Part shown: one piece after another, positions 24,661 to 33,042 of the stretch
Numbering within the stretch: the stretch's first letter is position 1
Layout: the number at the start of each line of letters is the position of its first letter
Assembly (NCBI GenBank): GCA_046350655.1
Contig: JAXMAB010000013.1
Location: forward strand, 54,785-118,784
Direction: 5' to 3'
DNA length: 64,000 bases
Origin: Planctomycetota bacterium
GTDB lineage: Bacteria; Planctomycetota; PLA2; JAEUHO01
Translations under genes and position numbers: made by a program
Notes under the pieces: generated by a model
The model's database searches: none
What the model saw: only the letters and a program-made list of their open reading frames with translations
What the model was told of the DNA's origin: nothing

Positions 24661-26378
24661 GCCGCGTCCGTCGTCGTGCCGCCCTCGTCGTCGCGGCCCT
24701 CGCCGCGGCCCTGTCCCCGGCGCGGCCCGCGGCCGCCGAGGACCCGTCGCGCCCGCTCGTCGGGATCACGTTCGACCGCTACTACGACGGCGCGGCCCTC
24801 GAGAGCGCGCTGAAGACGATCCACGCGTCGTTCCCGCTGTTCACGCGCCTCGAGAGCATGGGCGCGAGCCGCGAGGGCCGCCCCCTGTGGGTGATCTCGG
24901 TGTTCGACCCCTCGGGGCCCCGCGCGATCGACGACCGGCCGGCGATGTACATCGACGGGAACACGCACGGCAACGAGGTGCAGTGCACCGAGGTCGCGTT
25001 GTTCACGGTGAAGTACCTGCTCGAGCGCAAGGACGCCGACCCGTGGATCGGCGCGCTGCTCAAGCGCGTGACGTTCCACGTCGCGCCGTGCGTCAACCCG
25101 GACGCCCGCGAGCGGTTCCTCCACCAGCCGAACGACGAGCACTCGCCGCGGCGCGTGCTCCGGCCCGTCGACGACGACCGCGACGGCCGCGTCGACGAGG
25201 ACGGCCCCGACGACGTGGACGGCGACGGCGACATCCTCACGATGCGCATCGCCGACCCGAACGGCGACCTCGTCGACGACGAGCGCGACGCGCGGCTCAT
25301 GCGCCCGGCGAAGCCCGGCGAGAAGGGCCGCTGGCGGATCCTCGGCGCGGAGGGGACCGACGAGGATGGCGACGGGCGCGTGAACGAGGACGGGCCCGGC
25401 GGCGTCGACCCGAACCGCAACTTCCCGTGCGAGTGGCGCCCCGATGCGGTCCAGGGCGGCGGCGGGCCGTACCCGCTGTCGGAGCCGGAGACGCGCGCGA
25501 CGGCGCTCTGGGTGCTCGCGCACCCGCGCATCGCGGCGGTGCAGAGCTACCACAACGCGGGGCGGATGATCCTGCGGCCGCCGGCCGCGCGGACCGACCG
25601 CGAGGCCGACTTCCCCGCGGAGGACAAGCGGCTCTACGACGAGCTGGCGAGCCGCGGGCAGCTGCTGCTGCCGGGCTACCGCTACATGCAGATCCGCGAG
25701 GAGCTCTACCAGGTGTGGGGCGGGTTCGTCGAGTGGACCGCGCACGCGCTCGGCGTGCCGTCGTTCACGAACGAGCTCTGGGGCCTCTTCGGGTGGGGGA
25801 CCTCCGTGGTCGGCGGCGACCTCGAGGCGCTGCGCTGGAACGACGTGGCGCTGCACGGCGCGGGCTTCGTGCGCTGGAAGAAGGTGAAGCACCCGACCTA
25901 CGGCGAGGTCGAGCTGGGCGGCTGGCGGCGCTACACGATCCGCTCGACGCCCGTCGACTTCCTGCCCGACCTCTGCGTGCGCAACTGCCTGTTCACCCTC
26001 GAGCACGCGAGCGCGGTGCCCGACCTCGACGTGCGCGTCGTCGAGCAGGCGCCGGCGGGCGGCGCGCGGCGCGTGCGCGTGGTCGTCGAGAACCGGAGCA
26101 TGATGCCGACCGCGACCGCGTGGGCCCGCCGCCACGGCCTCGTGCCGCCGGACCTCGTGGGCCTCGACGGCGCCGCCGTGCTGGCGGCGGTCGAGGTGCC
26201 CGGGCCCGGCCAGCCCGGCGTCCCGCTCCCCGTGAAGGAGGGGCGCGCGCGCCTCGTGGACGGCGTCGGCGGCGCGTCGTCGCGCACGCTCGACCTCTGG
26301 GTCGACGCGGCGAGCAAGCCCACCGCGGTCGTGGTCTCGAGCCGCCTCGGCGGGCTCCTGCGGGTGGCGGTGCCCTAG
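24657..26378 (+). CDS. Exported M14 zinc carboxypeptidase with Ca-binding DxDxDG inserts
   Basis: GTGA overlap; IDGNTHGNE (HxxE at 24966-24977), VDPNRNF, YPLSEPETRA, QSYHN, FTNEL. Confidence 0.9.
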   Translation: MSRVRRRAALVVAALAAALSPARPAAAEDPSRPLVGITFDRYYDGAALESALKTIHASFPLFTRLESMGASREGRPLWVISVFDPSGPRAIDDRPAMYIDGNTHGNEVQCTEVALFTVKYLLERKDADPWIGALLKRVTFHVAPCVNPDARERFLHQPNDEHSPRRVLRPVDDDRDGRVDEDGPDDVDGDGDILTMRIADPNGDLVDDERDARLMRPAKPGEKGRWRILGAEGTDEDGDGRVNEDGPGGVDPNRNFPCEWRPDAVQGGGGPYPLSEPETRATALWVLAHPRIAAVQSYHNAGRMILRPPAARTDREADFPAEDKRLYDELASRGQLLLPGYRYMQIREELYQVWGGFVEWTAHALGVPSFTNELWGLFGWGTSVVGGDLEALRWNDVALHGAGFVRWKKVKHPTYGEVELGGWRRYTIRSTPVDFLPDLCVRNCLFTLEHASAVPDLDVRVVEQAPAGGARRVRVVVENRSMMPTATAWARRHGLVPPDLVGLDGAAVLAAVEVPGPGQPGVPLPVKEGRARLVDGVGGASSRTLDLWVDAASKPTAVVVSSRLGGLLRVAVP

Positions 26379-28633
26379 TGGGCAAGAAGGCGCCGCGCCT
26401 GCAGACCACGCCCGCGCGGGTCGCCGCGCTGATGGGGGCGCTCATCGGCCTCGGCGTCGCGGCGGCGCTGTACGCGCTCCGGCCGACGAACGCGTTCACG
26501 GGCCTCGAGTGGCGCATCGTGGACGCGCGGACGCAGGCGTTCATGGGGCAGCGGAAGCCGGACCCCGACCTCGTGCTGGCCGAAGTCCGCGGCGACGACC
26601 TCGCCGCGATCAACCCGCTGGGCTACAAGTGGCCGTGGCCGCTCTTCGTGACCGCGAACGCGTTCGAGTGGTTCCGCGCCGCGGGCGCGCGCGCGGTCAT
26701 CGTGGACGTCTACCAGTTCGACCGGGGCGCGGAGCCCGAGGAGTACGGGTTCACGAACAAGGAGTCGAAGGAGTACCAGGACGCCAAGGCGATGGTGGAC
26801 GCCGCGGACGAGCTCGCGACGGCCTACCGACCTCCGACGCGGGTCGTGCTCGCCGTCGCGTTGTCGTCGAACCCTCCCGAGATCGGCCCGGCGGGCACCG
26901 CCATGCGCCGTCCGGAGTTCGAGAAGCGCCTGACGAGGATCCCGCCGATGGACGTACGTCCCGGCATGCAGCGGGAGCACGTCAACCTGCCGGTCCTCAA
27001 GCTGCTCGAGGCGTGCCACGGCGTCGGGTTCGCGTCGACGCTCGTGGACGACGACGGCGTCCTCCGGCGGGGCGTGCCGGTGGGGACCGCGGGCGCGCGC
27101 CGCGTGCCCTCGCTGCCCCTCGCCGCCGTGTTCGCGATGCGCGACGACGTCGAGGTCTCGGACGGCCGGATCCGCGTCGGGCACGCGGAACAACGGCTCA
27201 GCGACGACGGGACGTTCCTCGTCGCCTTTCGCGGGCCGTCGGACACGTACCCGCGCATCTCGCCGGCCCAGGCGGTGCTGGCGGGCGGCGAGCTCGCGAG
27301 CCTCAGGGCCGCGGGCGATCAGACGACGGTCCCGGGCTCGGGCGGCCTGAAGCCCGAGGACGTCCGCGGGAAGATCGTTCTCTGGGGCGTCAACCCGGAC
27401 GGGATCAAGGACGTGGTGTCGGCGCCCGTGGGCTCGGCGTTCTCGGGCCCCGAGTTCCAGCTGACCCTCATCGACAACCTGCTGCACGGCGACGGCCGGT
27501 GGGAGGTCTCGCGCACGACGAACGGCGTGGTGCTGCTCACCTTCTGCGCGTTGCTGGGGCTCCTCGGCGGCGTCGCGAAACGCCGCGGCGTGTTCCTGTC
27601 GGCGACCCTGCTCGCCGCGGCCGTCGTCTGGGGGGGCGGCTACTGGGCCTTCGGGAAGGGCGTCTCCTTCGACCTCTTCACGCCGTCCCTCGGCATCCTG
27701 ATGACCTACGCCGGCGTGCTCGCGTTCAAGACGCTGACGGAGGGCCGCCGCAACAAGTGGCTCGAGGGCACGTTCAGCCAGTACCTCGCGCCCGCCGTCA
27801 TCAAGGCCATCAAGGCCGACCCGTCCATGCTCGCCCTCGGCGGGCGGCAGCGCGAGGTGTCGGTCCTCTTCAGCGACGTGAAGGGCTTCACGACGATCAG
27901 CGAGACGCTGGGCCCCGAGAACACGGTGCGCCTGCTCAACGACTACCTCTCGCGCCAGTCCGAGCCGGTGCTCCAGAACGACGGCGTGATCGACAAGTTC
28001 ATCGGCGACGCCGTCATGGCGTTCTTCGGCGAGCCGGTGGCGCACGCCGACCACGCGCTGCGCGCCTGCCGCGCCGCCGTCGAGAGCCTGGCCGTCCTCG
28101 CGGGCACGCAGCCGCTCGCCAGGGAGCTCGGCCTCGGCACGCTCGTCAACCGCATCGGCGTCGCGTCGGGCCCCGCGACCATCGGCAACATCGGCAGCGA
28201 CCGCCGCTTCAACTACACGGCCATCGGCGACACCGTGAACTTCGCGAGCCGCCTCGAGGGCGCCAACAAGGCGTTCGGCAGCCGCATCCTCCTCGCCGAC
28301 GCGACGTACCAGGCGGCCAAGGACGCCGTGGTGGCGAAGCCGCTCGCGAAGCTGATCGTCGTCGGCAAGACCGAGCCGGTGCCCGTGCACGAGCTGATCG
28401 CGCTCGCGGAGTCGGCCTCGCCGGCGCAGAAGGCCCACGCGGAGGCCTTCGGGCGCGCGCACGCGCTCGTCCTCGCCGACGACCTCGACGGCGCGGAGAC
28501 GGCGCTCGCCGAGGCCGAGAAGCTCGTGCCGGACGACGGCCCGTGCCGCTGGCTCGGCGGCATCATCGACGGCCTGCGGCTCGGGATGATCGCGCGGCCG
28601 TGGAACGGCGTGTACGTGCTCGAGAGCAAGTAG
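26378..28633 (+). CDS. CHASE2-domain membrane class III adenylate cyclase
   Basis: TAGTG overlap; TM, CHASE2 (WPWPLF, DDDGVLRR, GPEFQLTLIDNL), 3 TM; catalytic FSDVKGFT, IDKFIGDAVMAFF, NYTAIGDTVNFASRLEG. Confidence 0.93.
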   Translation: MGKKAPRLQTTPARVAALMGALIGLGVAAALYALRPTNAFTGLEWRIVDARTQAFMGQRKPDPDLVLAEVRGDDLAAINPLGYKWPWPLFVTANAFEWFRAAGARAVIVDVYQFDRGAEPEEYGFTNKESKEYQDAKAMVDAADELATAYRPPTRVVLAVALSSNPPEIGPAGTAMRRPEFEKRLTRIPPMDVRPGMQREHVNLPVLKLLEACHGVGFASTLVDDDGVLRRGVPVGTAGARRVPSLPLAAVFAMRDDVEVSDGRIRVGHAEQRLSDDGTFLVAFRGPSDTYPRISPAQAVLAGGELASLRAAGDQTTVPGSGGLKPEDVRGKIVLWGVNPDGIKDVVSAPVGSAFSGPEFQLTLIDNLLHGDGRWEVSRTTNGVVLLTFCALLGLLGGVAKRRGVFLSATLLAAAVVWGGGYWAFGKGVSFDLFTPSLGILMTYAGVLAFKTLTEGRRNKWLEGTFSQYLAPAVIKAIKADPSMLALGGRQREVSVLFSDVKGFTTISETLGPENTVRLLNDYLSRQSEPVLQNDGVIDKFIGDAVMAFFGEPVAHADHALRACRAAVESLAVLAGTQPLARELGLGTLVNRIGVASGPATIGNIGSDRRFNYTAIGDTVNFASRLEGANKAFGSRILLADATYQAAKDAVVAKPLAKLIVVGKTEPVPVHELIALAESASPAQKAHAEAFGRAHALVLADDLDGAETALAEAEKLVPDDGPCRWLGGIIDGLRLGMIARPWNGVYVLESK

Positions 28634-28834
28634 GGGACGACGCCGGCCGCCGGGCCTCGCGGTCCCCCCGCCACCACCGGGGCCCCGCCCTCCGCGCGGG
28701 CGGGCCTCCGGCCGGGTCCGTGGCCGCCGCCGACGGGAGGACGGTGCGGCAACGGCGACCTTGCCCGCGCCCCGGGCGAGGGTAGGCTCGGAGGGTCCGG
28801 GCGCCCCGGTGGGGAGCGCCATGAGGGTCGTCCC

Positions 28835-29344
28835 ATGAAGTTGCGCGTCCTGGCCCTGTCCTGCGTCCTGGGGTTCGCGGCCTTCGCGGCCGCCGACCTC
28901 CTGCCGGGCGAGACCCGCGCCGTGCAGGTGCGCGGCGGCGTCCCGGCCTGGAACGAGCCGCGGGTGCTCTCCGGCAAGGCCGGCCTGATCCCGTTCGCGA
29001 CCCGCGTGACGGTGAACGAGGTGAAGGCGCCCTGGGTGCGCGTCACCGCGGACAACGGCGTGACCGGCTGGGTGCGCACGTCCGACATCGTGGAGCCCGG
29101 GTCGCTGACGGGCACGGCCGCGCGCGCCGCCGCGGGCCGCTCCGGCGGCGCGGGCACGGCCGACGTGTCGCTCGCCGGCCGCCAGTTCGACGAGACGCTC
29201 GAGGGCGAGCTCAAGACCTCCGACGCCGACCTCCAGCGGGCCTACCCGCTCGTCGACGCGCTCGAGGCCAAGTCCTTCAAGCCCGGCGACCCCGAGGTCG
29301 AGAAGTTCCTGCGCGACGGGCGCCTCGGCGGGGAGGTCAAGTGA
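28835..29344 (+). CDS. Exported SH3b-domain protein
   Basis: Signal peptide; IPFATRVTVNEVKAPWVRVTADNGVTGWV; C-terminal VEKFLRDGRL. Confidence 0.75.
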   Translation: MKLRVLALSCVLGFAAFAAADLLPGETRAVQVRGGVPAWNEPRVLSGKAGLIPFATRVTVNEVKAPWVRVTADNGVTGWVRTSDIVEPGSLTGTAARAAAGRSGGAGTADVSLAGRQFDETLEGELKTSDADLQRAYPLVDALEAKSFKPGDPEVEKFLRDGRLGGEVK

Positions 29345-30300
29345 CCATGCGCCGCACCCATCTCGTCCCGTCCGTGCTCCTCGCGGCGCTCACCGTCGTG
29401 GGCTGCCGCGCGGGCGACCTCGCCCGCAACGGCGCGCGCAACGCGTTCGGCCGCGGCGGCGAGCGCGCCGCCGACCTCGTCGGCGCCTTCGTCCAGAACG
29501 AGGCCGACCTCCGCGACCAGATGGGCATCCAGTTCTCGCCCGAGCAGGAGTACTTCCTCGGGCGCGGCGTCGCGGCCCAGGCCATCGCCCGCTACGGCCT
29601 CGACCCCGACGAGACGCGCCAGCGCTACGTGCGCCTGATCGGCGCCGGGCTCGTCGAGGCGGCGCCCCGCGTGCGCGCGACCTTCGGCGGCTACCACTTC
29701 GCGGTGCTGAACAGCCCCGAGGCGAACGGCGTGTCCGGCCCCGGCGGCTTCGTCCTCGTGACGCGCGGCGCCGTCGAGCGCGCCCGCAACGAGGACGAGC
29801 TCGCGGGCGTCCTCGCCCACGAGATCGCGCACGTGTCGCTCAAGCACGGCGAGGCGGTCATCCGCGCCAGCGCGCAGTGGCAGACCGGCTACACGAACGC
29901 GTTCCGCATCGGCGCCGCGGCCGCCGGCTTCTCGGCGCGCGAGCAGAACAAGCTCACGGGGCTCTTCCGCGACAGCGTGAAGGGGCTCGCCGACGCGCTC
30001 GCGAACCAGGGCTACGGCTCCGCCGCCGAGGAGAAGGCCGACCGCGAGGGGTCGGCGATCCTCTACGAGGCCGGCTACGACGCCGGCGCGATCTCGGCCT
30101 ACCTGAAGGCGATGCCGGACCGTCCCCAGACCAACTGGAGCGCCCACCCCGACAGCGCGAGCCGCGGCCGCGCTCGCGCCGTTCGTCGCGACGTACGGTG
30201 GCCCGTTCGACGGCGTCGGCGCGGCGACCCGCGCCGCGCGCTTCCGAAGGCGATGCTCGCCCCGAAGGCCGTCGCGGAGCGGCGGCCCGCGGGACGCTGA
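29341..30300 (+). CDS. M48-family metallopeptidase lipoprotein (3' end has two compensating indels)
   Basis: Lipobox LTVVG-C; YHFAVLNSPEANG...PGGFVLVTRG, ELAGVLAHEIAH, EEKADREG, AGYDAGA, SAHP. Confidence 0.88.
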   Translation: MTMRRTHLVPSVLLAALTVVGCRAGDLARNGARNAFGRGGERAADLVGAFVQNEADLRDQMGIQFSPEQEYFLGRGVAAQAIARYGLDPDETRQRYVRLIGAGLVEAAPRVRATFGGYHFAVLNSPEANGVSGPGGFVLVTRGAVERARNEDELAGVLAHEIAHVSLKHGEAVIRASAQWQTGYTNAFRIGAAAAGFSAREQNKLTGLFRDSVKGLADALANQGYGSAAEEKADREGSAILYEAGYDAGAISAYLKAMPDRPQTNWSAHPDSASRGRARAVRRDVRWPVRRRRRGDPRRALPKAMLAPKAVAERRPAGR

Positions 30301-30346
30301 CCCGCGGGACGCTGACCCGCTGGGCACGGGGTCCGGTCGAGGGCGC

Positions 30347-30386
30347 GGGACCGCGAGGCCCGCCGGCCGCCGGGCCTTGCGGTCCC
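30347..30386. repeat. 40-bp REP-like palindrome (GGGACCGCGAGGCCCG family)
   Basis: gggaccgcgaggcccg-ccggccgc-cgggccttgcggtccc between convergent genes; near-identical copy at 59038-59076. Confidence 0.75.
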
Positions 30387-30503
30387 GGGGGTCGGGCCGC
30401 CGTCCCGTGAGCCGCGGCGCCGTGGGCGCACCGTCCGACGGTGCCACGGCCGACGGTTCACGGTCCGGTGCGCTTCGCGAGGTCGGACGCGCCTTCCCCG
30501 AGG

Positions 30504-31265
30504 TCAGACGTCGAGGACCTCGGCCTGGCGCAGGACGCGCAGGCGCGGGTCGTGGAGCGCGGTCAGCTCGGCCACGACCTCGTGGTGGTCCTCGGGCTTG
30601 ATGTGCGTGACGAGGACCGGCACGTCCTTCTTGAGCTTCTTGAGCTCGAGGGCGAGCAGGCGCGGCGTCAGGTGGAGGCTCGCCTTCGCGAGCCCGTCGT
30701 AGCGCGAGGGGAACGAGCACTCGACGAGGACGGCGGCGAGGTCGTCGGCCGCGTTGGCGGCGTTCCACATCGGATCCGTCGCGTACGTGTCGCCGCAGAT
30801 CATGAGGGAGCGGCGGCCGCGGCGGACGAGGTAGGCCTGCGACGGCACGGCGTGGACGAGGGGGATCGAGGTGATCTCGAAGTCGAGGATCGGGCGGGTG
30901 TCGCCCGGGTCGAGGGGGAGGAACTGGACGAGCGGGACGCTCTCGCGGACGGCCTCGGTGAAATCGGGCCAGATCCGGTCGTTGAAGAGGTGGCTGCGGA
31001 CGGTCTCGAGGGTGTACGACGAGCCGTGGATGCGGCAGGGGACCGGGGGGCCGCCGAAGCGGTTCGCGAGGAACAGGGGCAGGGTCCACACGTGGTCGAG
31101 GTGACCGTGCGTGAGGAGGACGTCCTGCACCCGGCGCTGGGCGGTGAAGTCGAGCGCGGTGGTGAGAGCCCCCGCGTCGACGGCGAGGACCTCGTCCACG
31201 AGGTAACAGGAGAGGAGGGCCCCCGGGGCGCTGCCGCCCGCGCAGCCCAGCACGCGAAGTCGCAT
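30504..31265 (-). CDS. Class II (metallo-beta-lactamase fold) 3',5'-cyclic nucleotide phosphodiesterase
   Basis: LRVLGCAGG, LAVDAG, LLTHGHLDHV (HxHLDH signature), HLFNDRIWPDF, ICGDT, VECSFP, HLTP, THIKP. Confidence 0.85.
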   Translation of the reverse strand: MRLRVLGCAGGSAPGALLSCYLVDEVLAVDAGALTTALDFTAQRRVQDVLLTHGHLDHVWTLPLFLANRFGGPPVPCRIHGSSYTLETVRSHLFNDRIWPDFTEAVRESVPLVQFLPLDPGDTRPILDFEITSIPLVHAVPSQAYLVRRGRRSLMICGDTYATDPMWNAANAADDLAAVLVECSFPSRYDGLAKASLHLTPRLLALELKKLKKDVPVLVTHIKPEDHHEVVAELTALHDPRLRVLRQAEVLDV

Positions 31266-31349
31266 GGGGAGGCAGCGTACGGGGGGGGCGACCGGAACGG
31301 AAGGACCGGGAGGAGGTGGCGGGGGACGCCGGGGGCGGATACCCTCCCG

Positions 31350-33002
31350 GTGGAGGTCGTGCCGAACGTGTCGCTCGCGATCTCGGGCCTGCTCGGATGG
31401 ACCGCCGGGGCGGCGGTGGCGGTGGTCGCCCTGCTCGTGGCGATCTCGTTCGTCAAGCTCCTCGCGCGGATGAAGGTGGCGTGGTGGCCGTCGCTCGTCG
31501 CCCCCGCGGCGGCGGTGGGGCCCGCCCTCGGCCTGCTGGCCGGCGCCTGGCTGACCCAGGGCGAGCTGGCGGCGGTGGCGTTCTGGGCGCCCGAGGGGCA
31601 CCCGGCGGCCCGGGTGGGGTGGAGCCTGCTCCTCTTCTTCTCGGCGACCGGGGCCTACGGGCTCGTGACCCGGTTCCTGACGTCGCGGCTGGTGGTGGAG
31701 GAGCTCGGGCTGCGGATCCCGGAGGTCTTCATCGACCTCGGGCGGTTCGTGCTCTGGGTGATCATGGTGTTCGTGATCGTGGGGGGGATCTGGCAGCGGT
31801 CCGACCTCTTCACGGCGCTGTTCACGGCCGGCGCGGCGACGACGCTGGTGCTCGGCCTGGCGCTGCAGGACACGATCAAGAACTTCATCGCCGCGTGGGC
31901 CATCGTCGGCGAGGGCGTCTACACGATCGGCGACTGGGTGTGGCTGGGCGAGGACGAGGGCGAGGTGGTGTCGGTCACGCGGCGGACGACGAAGATCCGC
32001 ACGCGGTCGGGCGACATCGTGACCGTCCCGAACAACCTCGTCACCGCGTCGAAGGTGCGCAACCAGTCGAAGCCGACGCGGGCGCACGCCGAGAACGTCC
32101 GCGTCCAGGTGGCCTACGACGCGCCGCCGAACCGCGTGCGCGACTGCCTGCACCGGGCGGTGCGCGAGGTGCCCAAGCTGCTGCAGTCGCCCGCGCCGGC
32201 GTTCCGGCTGCGCCTGTTCGCGGACTCGGGCGTCGAGTACGAGGCGAAGGTGTGGATGGACGACGTCGGCGCGCGCGACGACATCCTCTCCGAGCTGCGC
32301 GTACAGATCTGGTACCACTTCCAGCGCGAGGGGATCGAGTTCCCGTACCCGGTGCGCGAGATCCGGCAGCGGGTCGCGGCCGCCGAGCCGCCCGAGGTGA
32401 AGGCCCGGGCGATCTTCACGCGGCTGAAGAGCGTGCCGTTCTTCGGCGCGCTGCCCGAGGACGTGCTCGCGGTGCTGGCGCGCGACGCGAGCATCGTCCG
32501 GTTCGGCGCGGGCGAGCGGGTGGTCCTGCAGGGCGAGCCGGGCGACGCGTGTTACGTCGTGGACGACGGGAGGCTGTCGGTCCTGATCGCCGAGGGGCGG
32601 ACGGAGCAGCAGGTCGCGGTGCTCTCGACGGGGGACCTGTTCGGCGAGATCAGCCTCCTGACGGGGGAGCCGCGGGCCGCGACGGTCCGGGCGATCGGCG
32701 ACGCGCGGCTGGTCGTGGTCGGTTCGTCGTCGCTGCGCACCGCCCTCGAGCGCTCGCCGGAGCTGGCGACGCAGCTGGCCGAGGTGGCGACGCTCCGCCG
32801 CGAGGGCCTCCTCGAGGCGCGGGCGGCGCTGGACGCGGCGGCGCGCGCCCGCGTGGACGCGCAGAGCCACCGGTTGCGCGAGCTGATCCGGCGCTTCTTC
32901 AAGCTCCCCGACGCGCCGACGGCGCCGGCCGCCGCGCGGCCGCCCGCCGGCGCCTCCGACCGGCCCGGGAACGGGGTTGCAGGCGGCCCACCCGCCCCGT
33001 AG
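31350..33002 (+). CDS. MscS-family channel with C-terminal cyclic-nucleotide-binding domain (bCNG-like)
   Basis: TM helices; LGLALQDTIKNF, IGDWV, GEVVSVTRRTTKI, VTVPNN; cNMP domain VVLQGEPGDACYVV...GDLFGEISLLTGEPRAATVRA. Start uncertain (31350-31368). Confidence 0.9.
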   Translation: MEVVPNVSLAISGLLGWTAGAAVAVVALLVAISFVKLLARMKVAWWPSLVAPAAAVGPALGLLAGAWLTQGELAAVAFWAPEGHPAARVGWSLLLFFSATGAYGLVTRFLTSRLVVEELGLRIPEVFIDLGRFVLWVIMVFVIVGGIWQRSDLFTALFTAGAATTLVLGLALQDTIKNFIAAWAIVGEGVYTIGDWVWLGEDEGEVVSVTRRTTKIRTRSGDIVTVPNNLVTASKVRNQSKPTRAHAENVRVQVAYDAPPNRVRDCLHRAVREVPKLLQSPAPAFRLRLFADSGVEYEAKVWMDDVGARDDILSELRVQIWYHFQREGIEFPYPVREIRQRVAAAEPPEVKARAIFTRLKSVPFFGALPEDVLAVLARDASIVRFGAGERVVLQGEPGDACYVVDDGRLSVLIAEGRTEQQVAVLSTGDLFGEISLLTGEPRAATVRAIGDARLVVVGSSSLRTALERSPELATQLAEVATLRREGLLEARAALDAAARARVDAQSHRLRELIRRFFKLPDAPTAPAAARPPAGASDRPGNGVAGGPPAP

Positions 33003-33042
33003 GTTCAACCTCGACGTCCTGTCCGATGCGGCGGAGCCCTCG

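Noticed and set aside
30286-30320. Short tandem duplication cccgcgggacgctga x2 at the M48 stop
   Set aside because: Only two copies of 15 nt; likely local slippage with no evident function.
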